NCBI GenBank assembly: GCA_046047235.1
Contig: JBJOII010000011.1
Span: 11,993 to 75,992 of the forward strand
Direction: 5' to 3'
DNA from: Verrucomicrobiota bacterium
GTDB lineage: Bacteria; Verrucomicrobiota; Verrucomicrobiia; Limisphaerales; JAHDYP01
Length of the DNA: 64,000 nucleotides
Shown piece by piece: positions 51,292 to 60,109 of the stretch (positions are counted from its first letter, which is position 1; each line of letters opens with the position of its first letter). The position numbers and the translations under genes are program-made. The notes below the pieces were generated by a model, which ran no database searches, was not told the origin of the DNA, and saw only the letters and a list, made by a program, of their open reading frames with translations.

Positions 51292-51408
51292 CACGCCTCC
51301 CTGCCGCGTTCTACGCGGCAGCACGTGCAGCCAGGAGACCGTAGAGAGAAAACAGTGGCACCCTCTCCCCTCTCCTCTCTCCCTGCGGTCCGCCACGCGG
51401 ACCACAAT

Positions 51409-51478
51409 AGCCCTCAGCCCTCAGCCCTCAGCCCTCAGCCCTCAGCCCTCTGCTCTCTGCGCTTCCCGCTTCCCCATT
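51409..51478. repeat. (AGCCCTC)x6 heptamer array with degenerate tail
   Basis: Read directly. Confidence 0.9.
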
Positions 51479-51513
51479 CCTCCCGCCCTCTCTAGACTCC
51501 ACCCCGCACAAAC

Positions 51514-51921
51514 ATGACCCTAGCCAACCTCATCGCCACTCTCTGGGTCGCCCTCGGCGGCGCGCTCGGCAGTGCCGCCCGCTTCGGCCTGTCAGGTTGG
51601 ATCGCTAATCGTTGGGGCGAAACCTTCCCCTGGGGCACTCTCGTCGCCAACGTCACCGGCTCACTCGCCATCGGCTTCTTCGCCACACTCACCGCGCCCG
51701 ATGGCCGCTGGCTCGTCCCCAATACCACCCGACTCTTCTTCCTCACCGGCTTCTGTGGCGGCTACACCACCTTCTCCTCCTTCAGTCTCCAAACCCTCAG
51801 CCTGATGCAGGAAGGCGAGTGGTTCCCCGCCATCAGCAATATCCTCTGCTCCGTCCTCCTCTGCCTCCTCGCCGTCTGGATCGGCCACGCCGCCGCCATC
51901 AAAATCAACCTCACCCACTAA
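51514..51921 (+). CDS. crcB: Fluoride efflux channel Fluc/CrcB
   Basis: GGALGSAARF, FPWGTLVANVTGS, TGFCGGYTTFSSFS. Confidence 0.95.
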   Translation: MTLANLIATLWVALGGALGSAARFGLSGWIANRWGETFPWGTLVANVTGSLAIGFFATLTAPDGRWLVPNTTRLFFLTGFCGGYTTFSSFSLQTLSLMQEGEWFPAISNILCSVLLCLLAVWIGHAAAIKINLTH

Positions 51922-51922
51922 C

Positions 51923-52270
51923 ATGCACGCTCCCCAGTCCGCCCAACGCCTCCGCATCTACCTCGGAGAATCTGACCGACACCACCACCAACCCCTCTTC
52001 GAAGCCATCGTCCTCAAAGCCCGCGAAGCCCACCTCGCCGGAGCCACCGTCCTCCGCGGCCCCATGGGCTTCGGCCATTCCAGCCACCTCCATACCGCCA
52101 AAATCCTCCGCCTGTCCTCCGACCTCCCGGTCGTCATCGAGATCATTGACTCCCCCGAAAAAGTCCAAGCCTTCCTACCCACCCTCCAACCCATGCTCCA
52201 AGGCGGACTCGTCACCACCGATACCGTCCAAGTCCTCCACTACCACGGATCACCCCCCCAAATACACTAG
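51923..52270 (+). CDS. DUF190 PII-like protein
   Basis: LRIYLGESD, AGATVLRGPMGFG, LSSDLPVVIEIIDS; this family is usually found beside crcB. Confidence 0.92.
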   Translation: MHAPQSAQRLRIYLGESDRHHHQPLFEAIVLKAREAHLAGATVLRGPMGFGHSSHLHTAKILRLSSDLPVVIEIIDSPEKVQAFLPTLQPMLQGGLVTTDTVQVLHYHGSPPQIH

Positions 52271-52336
52271 GCCAAGGTCACAAACCAAAAACAGAGGTCC
52301 AACGCTCCCGTAGTTCAAAAACACCACCCGAAGCCT

Positions 52337-52510
52337 CCACCCCCCTTCGCGTCCATTCGCGGTTGCGAAACAGATCCATTCGCGTCCATTCGCGTCCATT
52401 CGCGGTTCAGAACCACCCCCCTTCGCGTCCATTCGCGGTTCAGAACCACATCCATAGCGTCCATTCGCGGTCCAGAACCACCCCCCTTCGCGTCCATTCA
52501 CGGTTCAGAA
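52337..52510. repeat. Five ~33-bp tandem units with core TTCGCGTCCATTCGCGGTTCAGAA
   Basis: Units start at about 52337, 52375, 52413, 52446 and 52478, with internal 10-bp periodicity (TTCGCGTCCA). Confidence 0.9.
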
Positions 52511-52729
52511 TTTGAAGGTCTCGTTCACCCGACCACACTGCGGACACCGCGACCGGTCCACATCCGGATCGTCGGTATACACATAGCTGCACTCCTCGCA
52601 GCGGAAGACCTTGTCCTCGCTGGGCTCAGGCTCAAACCGGCGCCGCCGTATGTCGCAATACCGCGACACACTCACCAGTAGAACCAGCATGCTAAACACA
52701 TAAAGAAACAGCAGCGTGCTGGTCTTCAT
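52505..52729 (-). CDS. 74-aa membrane-anchored C4 zinc-ribbon protein
   Basis: N-terminal TM followed by RRRR, then CEEC...CPQC; ATGA-coupled to the upstream tonB-like gene. Confidence 0.7.
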   Translation of the reverse strand: MKTSTLLFLYVFSMLVLLVSVSRYCDIRRRRFEPEPSEDKVFRCEECSYVYTDDPDVDRSRCPQCGRVNETFKF

Positions 52730-53526
52730 GTAGCTCCACCTCCAGCAGGTTGACCCGGCTCCCGCTTCGTGGTCGTCGCATTCGACCAACGCACAACAAT
52801 ATTACCCCATAGACGTTCCACCACCGGATCCACCCCCGACGACTCAGGCGTCAAACGCAATCCGTGCAACAAGGCCACCGCCTGCCGATCCGCCTCCTCC
52901 CACCCGGAACTCTTCAAAACCACCGCAGAGAAGACCATGCCATCCGGCTCCACCGCCACTTGTATCCACGTCGGCTGCAGCAAATTCGTATGACTCAACA
53001 CCGGCACCTCCGGCCAGCTCTGCACCCCCCTCGCAGCCAAACCATCATCCAGCTCCAATCGTGAAACCCGCGCCAAAGCCACCCCGGGAACCTCTACCCT
53101 CGTTCCCACCGGCACCCGCAAACCCGACATCACACTTGGCGACCCCAACCCCGCACCCGGCCCCTGCAATCCCACCCCAAACCAATTCGTTCGCGCTGAT
53201 AACCACCTCGTCGGCTCGCTCCATTCCAAACGAGGCAAAGGACTCCGGGAAGCCATCCTCCATGCCTCGCCCGAAAAACCAAAGTCATTCGGAACCGCAA
53301 ACAACATCGGATCACGCACCCCCAGCTCTCGCGAAGCATCCTCTACCCCCACCGGCCACTGAACCACCTCCAAACCGCCCCCGGGCGGACTCACCACCAT
53401 CGGCGCCGCCTCCCGCTCAGCCACCACCCCCAACAAAAACACCTGAGCCAAAAATAGCATCACCACCGCGCCAGTCCATTGACGCTCACTCCATGCCTGT
53501 AAATCACTCAACCCCGACTTGCTCAT
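52726..53526 (-). CDS. TonB-like protein (N-terminal TM, TonB_C-like C-terminus)
   Basis: VAVEPDGMVFSAVVLKSSGWEEADRQAV resembles the TonB_C 'G.V....v..SSG....D.AA' motif; follows exbD. Confidence 0.6.
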   Translation of the reverse strand: MSKSGLSDLQAWSERQWTGAVVMLFLAQVFLLGVVAEREAAPMVVSPPGGGLEVVQWPVGVEDASRELGVRDPMLFAVPNDFGFSGEAWRMASRSPLPRLEWSEPTRWLSARTNWFGVGLQGPGAGLGSPSVMSGLRVPVGTRVEVPGVALARVSRLELDDGLAARGVQSWPEVPVLSHTNLLQPTWIQVAVEPDGMVFSAVVLKSSGWEEADRQAVALLHGLRLTPESSGVDPVVERLWGNIVVRWSNATTTKREPGQPAGGGAT

Positions 53527-53945
53527 GGTCGTCCACCACCCGACGTAGGCCGCGTCGCCAATAACGCATTCTTCACTCCCGCCACCCGGCCCGCGTTCAT
53601 CAACCGTACCAGCGTCTCCTGCGAGACCCGCCGGTCCGCCAGCAGTACCAATGTCAACGGGCCATCCGCCGACCTCACCGCCCTCGCCAATCCCCGCTCC
53701 AAATCCTCCAACGAAGTCATCTGGTTCAGATAATACAACTGCCCCCGCTCATCCACCGCCACGGTCACCGTCGCATTCGTCACCCCCGGCAGCCTCGGCC
53801 CCTCAGGTAACTCAATCGGTAAACCCCCAATAAACGTCAGCCTCGAATGCAACAGCACAATCACCAGCAACAGCAACAATACCCCCGCAAACAAAAAGCC
53901 GTCCGCCGGCCCCCGAAATACCCTCGCATGACGCGGAAATCTCAT
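53523..53945 (-). CDS. exbD: ExbD/TolR family protein
   Basis: Single TM, IELP, VAVDERGQLY, LLADRRV; ATGA overlaps at both ends. Confidence 0.8.
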   Translation of the reverse strand: MRFPRHARVFRGPADGFLFAGVLLLLLVIVLLHSRLTFIGGLPIELPEGPRLPGVTNATVTVAVDERGQLYYLNQMTSLEDLERGLARAVRSADGPLTLVLLADRRVSQETLVRLMNAGRVAGVKNALLATRPTSGGGRP

Positions 53946-54568
53946 TTGCCGTTCGTCAAATTCAGGCTCGAGACCAAATTCAGCACCTCCGTCGAACTCT
54001 TCTCCATGTCGATCACAATGCTGTTCACCCTCGCCACCAAATAGTTGTAGCCCGCATACGCCGGAATCGATACCGCCAGCCCCACCGCCAACGACAACAA
54101 AGACTGCCAAATACCTCCCGATAAATCACCCGCGTTCGCAAACGGACCACTGCCCTGCAAACTCTGAAACAAATCCAGAAAACCCATCACCGTCCCCAAT
54201 AAACCAATCAAAGGTGCAATCTGCGCCACCGTCGCCAGAAAGTTCAGCTTCTCCTCCAACCTCGGAACCTCCTGTAAACCCGCCTCCTCCAACACCTCCC
54301 GCACCCCCTCCCGACCCCGCTCACGATTCAAAATCGCCGTCTTCACCAAACGTGCCACCGGCCCCGGTGTCGCATCACAAATCGATAACGCCTCCACAAT
54401 GTTGTCCCGCTTCAGCACGTTCCGAATCCCGTTCAAAAACTCAAAGGAGTTAATCTGCGCGCGATGATAATGCAAAAACCGCTCTATAAACGTCGCCAAC
54501 ATAACGGCACTCAGCACCAGCAACAACCACACCGCCGGACCCCCGTGCTTCAGCAAAACCGGTAACAT
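53942..54568 (-). CDS. exbB: MotA/TolQ/ExbB proton-channel family protein
   Basis: FIERF, LATVAQIAPLIGLLGTVMG, GGIWQSL..A.GL.VSIPA..GYN. Confidence 0.88.
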   Translation of the reverse strand: MLPVLLKHGGPAVWLLLVLSAVMLATFIERFLHYHRAQINSFEFLNGIRNVLKRDNIVEALSICDATPGPVARLVKTAILNRERGREGVREVLEEAGLQEVPRLEEKLNFLATVAQIAPLIGLLGTVMGFLDLFQSLQGSGPFANAGDLSGGIWQSLLSLAVGLAVSIPAYAGYNYLVARVNSIVIDMEKSSTEVLNLVSSLNLTNGK

Positions 54569-54575
54569 GCCGGCG

Positions 54576-54603
54576 GTTATACCCCTTCCCCGCCCCGCTG
54601 CAA
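54576..54603 (-). promoter_or_regulatory. Putative leaderless promoter for the exbB operon
   Basis: Minus strand reads TTGCAG-N16-TATAAC-N7-ATG(54568). Confidence 0.4.
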
Positions 54604-54780
54604 AGAGGCTTCATTACCCCCCCTGCCAGAAGTCAGCCTGTCCGCCGTAGCTCTTGGAGCGAAGGAACAAAGCCAAAGGTCAAAGGTCCGTCCGTGCCAG
54701 TCCGTGTGCCCGTGTTCACCCGTTCACCAGCGTCCACCCCTACCCCCAAGCCCCCCGCTCGTGCGAAACGCCTCTCCCAC

Positions 54781-54892
54781 CCTCTCCCCTCTCCCCTCTC
54801 CCATCTCCCATCTCCCATCTCCCATCTCCCATCTCCCATCTCCCATCTCCCATCTCCTATCTCCTATCTCCCATCTCCTATCTTCCCTCTCC
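54781..54892. repeat. 16 x (C/T)(A/C)TCTCC heptamer array
   Basis: Read directly; preceded by CAAAGGT and GTCCGTGCCA-type units at about 54670-54715. Confidence 0.95.
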
Positions 54893-54961
54893 CTGCGCCA
54901 GGCTGTTGCCTGGCGCATTAGGCTTGCACCACACCCCTCACGCAAGAAATCGTCTCCCCCC

Positions 54962-55342
54962 ATGAACGAACCCGACCAACTCCGCGAACTCTTCCGTATG
55001 CAAAAAGCCCTCAACGAACGCATCGGCGTCGTCACCGATGGCATGACGGACGAAGAAAAAACGAAATGGGTCCTCAATTACTGCCGCGCCATGACCCAGG
55101 AAATGGCCGAACTCACCGATAGCGTCCCCTGGAAATGGTGGGCCAAATACCAGAAGTTCGATGAACAAAACGCCCGGGTCGAAGTCGTCGACCTCTTCCA
55201 CTTCCTCATCAGCCTGGCCCAAGTCCTCGGTATGAGCGCCGACGATGTCTTCCAAGCCTACGTCAAAAAGAATGCGGTAAACTTCAAACGCCAGGAGTCC
55301 GGCTACACCGAAAAGGACCATAACGACTCCAAACACATCTAA
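54962..55342 (+). CDS. All-alpha (dimeric/MazG-like) dUTPase family protein
   Basis: MQKALN, QEMAEL, WKWW, EVVDLFHF, YVKKNAVNFKRQESGY. Confidence 0.85.
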   Translation: MNEPDQLRELFRMQKALNERIGVVTDGMTDEEKTKWVLNYCRAMTQEMAELTDSVPWKWWAKYQKFDEQNARVEVVDLFHFLISLAQVLGMSADDVFQAYVKKNAVNFKRQESGYTEKDHNDSKHI

Positions 55343-55351
55343 AGCAGCTCC

Positions 55352-55969
55352 ATGCCCCGACTGCCCCAACCCCAAAAGCCCCGCCCGGAGGGAACAGTCG
55401 TGGTCCAAGACCCCTCCCGCTCCCCCGTCCCGCACCACTGGCGCCCCAATATCCAATCCATCCTCATCCCCACCACCACCCTCTCCCGCCGCGTCAAATC
55501 ACTCGCCTACTCCCTCCAACACCACTACCACAATAAAAACCCCGTCATCATCTCCGTCCTCAACGGCACAGTCGTCTTCACCGCCGACCTCATCCGCTAC
55601 CTCAACTTCCCCCTCACCCTCGACTTCATCGGCACCTCCAGCTACCGCAACCAAACCCAAGCCGGCCCACTCCACTTCACCAAACACCTCTCCACCAATA
55701 TCCACAACCGCCACGTCCTCCTCATCGACGATATCCTCGATACCGGCCAAACCCTCCACGCCATCCTCAACCAACTCCGTAGCCTCAAACCCAAAACCCT
55801 CCGCACCTGCGTCCTCCTCGAAAAACGCATCCCACATACCCACCCCATCCAACCCCACTACACAGGCTTCACTATCCCCAATGCCTTCGTCGTCGGTTAC
55901 GGACTTGATTACGCCGAACAATACCGCAACCTCCCGTTCATCGGAGTCCTCAAAACTCCACCACCCTAA
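55352..55969 (+). CDS. hpt: Hypoxanthine phosphoribosyltransferase
   Basis: FTADL, SSY, VLLIDDILDTGQTL, FVVGYGLDYAEQYRNLP. Confidence 0.92.
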   Translation: MPRLPQPQKPRPEGTVVVQDPSRSPVPHHWRPNIQSILIPTTTLSRRVKSLAYSLQHHYHNKNPVIISVLNGTVVFTADLIRYLNFPLTLDFIGTSSYRNQTQAGPLHFTKHLSTNIHNRHVLLIDDILDTGQTLHAILNQLRSLKPKTLRTCVLLEKRIPHTHPIQPHYTGFTIPNAFVVGYGLDYAEQYRNLPFIGVLKTPPP

Positions 55970-55984
55970 CCCCGCTAAACCTAC

Positions 55985-56206
55985 ATGGACATCTTTAACC
56001 CAGGCACGCTCTTCGCCTCCCTCATCTGGAGCTCCGTCGGCCTCGGCTACTTCATCTACGGAAAAAAACAACAGTCCCTCCCACCCGCCATCGGCGGCAT
56101 CCTCATCATCGCCGCCTCCTACTTCTGCTCCTCCTTCTCCAGTATGACCGCCGCCAGCGCCTTCCTCATCGGCGCCATCCACCTCGCCCTCCAACAAGGC
56201 TGGTAA
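55985..56206 (+). CDS. Small membrane protein of unknown function
   Basis: LFASLIWSSVGLGYFIYGKKQ; about three hydrophobic segments; co-oriented, 15 nt after hpt. Confidence 0.7.
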   Translation: MDIFNPGTLFASLIWSSVGLGYFIYGKKQQSLPPAIGGILIIAASYFCSSFSSMTAASAFLIGAIHLALQQGW

Positions 56207-56214
56207 AAACCCTC

Positions 56215-56630
56215 CCAGAAGCCAGAGGTCAAGGGTCAGGAGTCAGGAGTCAGCGGCCAACCGCCCGTCCGTGTCCCCCTCAGGTAAAGGCGCACTCTTC
56301 GGCATGCTCCCAAGTCATTGATCCAAACCAAGCGCATCGAAATCGAAATCGCTATCGGTATCGAAATCCAGAGGCCAGCCTGTCCGCCAAAGCCTTGCCA
56401 AAGGCCAAAGGCCAGAGGCCAGAAATCAAAGGTGAAGACCAGCAGTCAAGGGCCGAGAATCTCCCACCGCCAGTCCGTGCCAGTCCGTGTGTCCGTGTCC
56501 CACCCTCCCCCACCTACTCCGCGCCGCAGGCGCCTGTCCCCCAGCTCCCAGCTTCTAGCTCCCAGCTCCCGCGCGCCGCAGGCGCGCAGCGCCCCCCCTC
56601 TCCCCGCGTCACGCAACCATGCGGGACGCG
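56215..56630. repeat. Composite intergenic repeat block (heptamers, ATCGNN x6 at 56336-56371, GTCCGTG units, CAGCTCC units, GC hairpins)
   Basis: Shares modules with 46731-47058, 54670-54715 and 61795-61836. Confidence 0.8.
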
Positions 56631-56678
56631 CAACGCTTTCCGCTTGCCTCACCACCCCCGCTTCCCAAAACATGCCCC

Positions 56679-58244
56679 ATGGCAGACACCAACAACGTCG
56701 CAAATTGGGATGAGCACTTCTACCAGAACGCTGACTCGTTCTTCCCCAGCCTCCCGAATACCGCGCTGACCTACGACGACGTCTCGCTCGCCACGCTCTA
56801 CTCCGAAGTCCTGCCCCGCGATACCCAACTGGACGTCAAACTCGCCGATAACCTCGAACTCCATATCCCCGTCGTCTCCGCCGATATGGATACGGTCACG
56901 GAATCCTCCATGGCCATCGCCATGGCCCTCAACGGCGGACTCGGCCTCATCCACTACAACATGACGGAGAAACAACAGCTCTCCGAAGTCAGCCGCGTCA
57001 AAAACCACGTCCACGGCCTCATCCAGGACCCCATCAAGGTCAACCCAAACCAACTCATCGGTGAAGTGCTCGAAATGATCGAAAAACGACGCTTCTCCTT
57101 CAGCACTTTCCCCGTCGTCAATGACCAAGGCACCCTCCTCGGCCTCCTCCCCGGCCACGTGGTCAAACCCCGCTACGCCAAACGGAAAGCCGTCGAAGCC
57201 CTCACCCCCAGAACCCAAGTCCATACAATCCTCGTCAACGACCTCGGCCCCGACCCCGTCGCCACCGCCGATACCTTCTTCACCGAACACCCCGGCATCC
57301 ATAAACTCCTCGTCGTCGATGCCCAAGACCACCTCCATGGCCTCTTCACCCTCAGTGACGTCGAACGCATCGCCCTCGAACGGAACGCCCAGTTTAAACC
57401 CGCCCGCGATACCCAACACCGCCTCATCTGCGGCGCCGCCGTATCCGCCACCCGTAACGCCTTCGGCGAACTCGACCGCGACCGTATCCTCAACCACGTC
57501 AGCACCCTCGTGGAACGCGGCCTCGATGTCGTCGCCGTCTCCACCGCCCACGGCCATAGCCGCGGCGTCGGCGATACAGTCCAACTACTCCACCAAGCCT
57601 TCCCTAACCTCCCCATCATCGCAGGTAATGTCACCTCCGCCTCCGGCGTCGAATTCCTCGCCAACGCCGGCGCCCAAATTATCAAGGTCGGACAAGGCCC
57701 CGGCTCCATCTGCACCACCCGCACCGTAGCAGGTGTCGGCATCCCTCAAATGACCGCCCTCTTCATCGCCAGTCGCACCGCCAAACAGAAAGGCGTCTCC
57801 ATCCTCGCCGACGGCGGCATCACCAAATCCGGCGATATCGTCAAGGCCCTCACTCTCGCCCAAGGTGTCATGTGCGGCGGCCTCCTCGCCGGTTGCCCCG
57901 AAGCCCCCGGCCAAATCATGGAAATCAGCGGCAAACTCTATAAACAATACCGCGGCATGGGTAGCCTACCCGCCATGAAAGCCGGCGCCGCAGCCCGCTA
58001 CGGACACTCCTCCTCCAATACCCAAAAGGTCGCCCCGGAAGGCATCGAAGCCCTCAAGGAAGTCTCCGCCTCCGTCGACCGTATCCTCACCCAGCTCGTC
58101 GGCGGTATCCAGTCCGGCATGGGCTACCTCGGCGCCGCTAACCTCCCCCAACTCCGCGAAAAAGCCCGCTATATCCAAGTCAGCCCCGCCGGCCAACGCG
58201 AAGCCGCACCCCACGACGTCGTCGAAGTGAAAACCGAGAATTAA
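56679..58244 (+). CDS. guaB: IMP dehydrogenase with CBS pair
   Basis: [44 protein letters not shown] flap dyad, PEGIE, SGMGY. Confidence 0.95.
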   Translation: MADTNNVANWDEHFYQNADSFFPSLPNTALTYDDVSLATLYSEVLPRDTQLDVKLADNLELHIPVVSADMDTVTESSMAIAMALNGGLGLIHYNMTEKQQLSEVSRVKNHVHGLIQDPIKVNPNQLIGEVLEMIEKRRFSFSTFPVVNDQGTLLGLLPGHVVKPRYAKRKAVEALTPRTQVHTILVNDLGPDPVATADTFFTEHPGIHKLLVVDAQDHLHGLFTLSDVERIALERNAQFKPARDTQHRLICGAAVSATRNAFGELDRDRILNHVSTLVERGLDVVAVSTAHGHSRGVGDTVQLLHQAFPNLPIIAGNVTSASGVEFLANAGAQIIKVGQGPGSICTTRTVAGVGIPQMTALFIASRTAKQKGVSILADGGITKSGDIVKALTLAQGVMCGGLLAGCPEAPGQIMEISGKLYKQYRGMGSLPAMKAGAAARYGHSSSNTQKVAPEGIEALKEVSASVDRILTQLVGGIQSGMGYLGAANLPQLREKARYIQVSPAGQREAAPHDVVEVKTEN

Positions 58245-58277
58245 TCCCCCGCCCACACTCCCCACACACACCCAAGC

Positions 58278-59213
58278 ATGCAGGTCGTCTCCTCCCCAAA
58301 GGAACTCCTCCACTCCTCAAAACCCGTCCACCTCGCCATCGGTATGTTCGATGGCGTCCACCTCGGCCATCAACAACTCCTCCAACTCACCCTCCAAAAC
58401 GCATCCGCCAATAACGGCATCGCCGCCGCCCTCACCTTCGATCAACACCCCAATCACATCGTCGCCCCCAACCGCATCCCACCCGCTATCCAAAACCTCC
58501 AAACCCGACTCCAAACCCTCAAAACCACCGGTATCCACGCCGCCATCGTCACCCCCTTCACCCCCGCCTTCAGCCAAATCCACGGCGAAACCTTCATCCG
58601 CCAACTCGCCCAAGACCTCCAAACCCTCTCCTCAATCTGCATCGGACAAGGCTTCACCTTCGGACATAAACGCTCCGGCACCTGCCAACTCCTCCAAGAC
58701 CTCGAAAGCGAACTCCATTACACGACCCATATCCTTCCCCCCGTCTCCCTCAACTCCTGCCCCGTCCGCTCCACCATCATACGCGAAAAAATCGCCGCCG
58801 GCCTGCTCCACGAAGCCAGTAACCTCCTCGGCCGACCCTACTCCATCACCGGCGAAATCATCCACGGCGACCACCTCGGCCGACAACTCGGCTTCCCCAC
58901 CGCCAACCTCAACGTCCAAAACCTCGCCCTCCCCCCACTCGGCGTCTACTCCGCCAACGCCATCCTCAATGACAAATCCTACCCCGCTGTCCTTAACCTC
59001 GGCATCCGCCCCACCCTCAACCAAACCACACCCTCCCTCCGCCTCGAAACCCATATCCTCGACTTTCAACAAGATATCTACGGCGCCTACCTCGAAGTCC
59101 AACCCCTCCAGTTCCTCCGCGGTGAAAGAAAATTCGCCTCCCTCGAATCCCTCCGCCTCCAAATCCAATCCGACCTCCAACAAGCCCGTAACCTCCTCGC
59201 ACCCCTCCCCTGA
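58278..59213 (+). CDS. ribF: Bifunctional riboflavin kinase / FAD synthetase
   Basis: IGMFDGVHLGHQ, FTFG, STIIR, GRQLGFPTAN, G.RPT, LETHILDF, LRGERKF. Confidence 0.93.
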   Translation: MQVVSSPKELLHSSKPVHLAIGMFDGVHLGHQQLLQLTLQNASANNGIAAALTFDQHPNHIVAPNRIPPAIQNLQTRLQTLKTTGIHAAIVTPFTPAFSQIHGETFIRQLAQDLQTLSSICIGQGFTFGHKRSGTCQLLQDLESELHYTTHILPPVSLNSCPVRSTIIREKIAAGLLHEASNLLGRPYSITGEIIHGDHLGRQLGFPTANLNVQNLALPPLGVYSANAILNDKSYPAVLNLGIRPTLNQTTPSLRLETHILDFQQDIYGAYLEVQPLQFLRGERKFASLESLRLQIQSDLQQARNLLAPLP

Positions 59214-60109
59214 AAACCCAGCCCACCCCAACTCAACCCCTCTGCATCCAACTCCCCAAACACCAGTGGGACTCGGAAGCCGCCGCCCATCACCAACGCG
59301 TAGCACCACTCGCCGAACCCGCCCTCACCCGACGCTCCCATAACCAAAAGCACCCGGTCTGGGACTTCCTCTTCACCTATTACTCCTTCCCCATCCGCCG
59401 ACTCCTCACCTACGTCCCCGGCCTCGTCGACCCCAACGGCAACCCCCGCCCAACCTCCACCACTACCGAAAACCTACCCAACTCCACTCTCTGGACCACC
59501 CACCCCCCACATGCCAAAAACCTCCAGCTCGCCAGCTGGATCGCTAACCTCTGCCACGAAATCCTCAACCGACCACCCCGCTTCAATTGCTACGGCCTCC
59601 ACGAATGGGCCATGGTCTACCAACTCAACCCCACAGAAATCCGCCATAACTCCACCCCACTCCGACTCCCCCCAAACTCCATTAACCAATTCGTCGAATC
59701 CCAAACACTCTGCTGCTCCCACTACGACGCCTACCGCTTCTTCACTCCCCAAGCCTCCCCCAAAAATACACTGCACCCCACCCACGCCAATCGACCCCAA
59801 CTGGAACAAGCCGGATGCCTCCACGCCAATATGGACCTCTTCAAGTGGTCCTATAAACTCTGGCCCCACATCGGCAGCTCCCTCGTCGGTGAAACCTTCC
59901 AGCTCGCCGCCCAAGCCCGCTCCCTCGATATGCGCGCCAGCCCCTATAACCTCCAACACCTCGGCTTCATCCCCATCCCCATCGAAACCCCACAAGGCAG
60001 AAACGCCTACCTCGAAGAACAACAAGCCATCGCCACCACCGCCACCACCCTCCGAAAAAAACTCCTCAACGCAGCCCAAAACCTCGCCAACCTCAACCCG
60101 CCCGCCTAA
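59210..60109 (+). CDS. Conserved protein of the family often annotated '3-methyladenine DNA glycosylase' (function uncertain); probable CTG start
   Basis: Frame is open from 59192 and contains KHPVWDFLFTYY, NCYGLHEWAMVY, CSHYDAYRFF, EQAGCLHANMDL and DMRASPY. The supplied ORF (59612) misses the N-terminal half. Confidence 0.75.
   Translation: MKTQPTPTQPLCIQLPKHQWDSEAAAHHQRVAPLAEPALTRRSHNQKHPVWDFLFTYYSFPIRRLLTYVPGLVDPNGNPRPTSTTTENLPNSTLWTTHPPHAKNLQLASWIANLCHEILNRPPRFNCYGLHEWAMVYQLNPTEIRHNSTPLRLPPNSINQFVESQTLCCSHYDAYRFFTPQASPKNTLHPTHANRPQLEQAGCLHANMDLFKWSYKLWPHIGSSLVGETFQLAAQARSLDMRASPYNLQHLGFIPIPIETPQGRNAYLEEQQAIATTATTLRKKLLNAAQNLANLNPPA

Noticed and set aside
51152..51513. Fluoride riboswitch upstream of crcB
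   Set aside because: No GGCGATGG...GCTGATGAC-type core was found; the region is made of repeat modules.
52337..52510. CRISPR array
   Set aside because: Units abut with no unique 25-45 nt spacers, and no cas genes are in the window.
56210..56678. Purine riboswitch upstream of guaB
   Set aside because: No purine-aptamer core was recognised; the hairpins belong to the dispersed repeat blocks.
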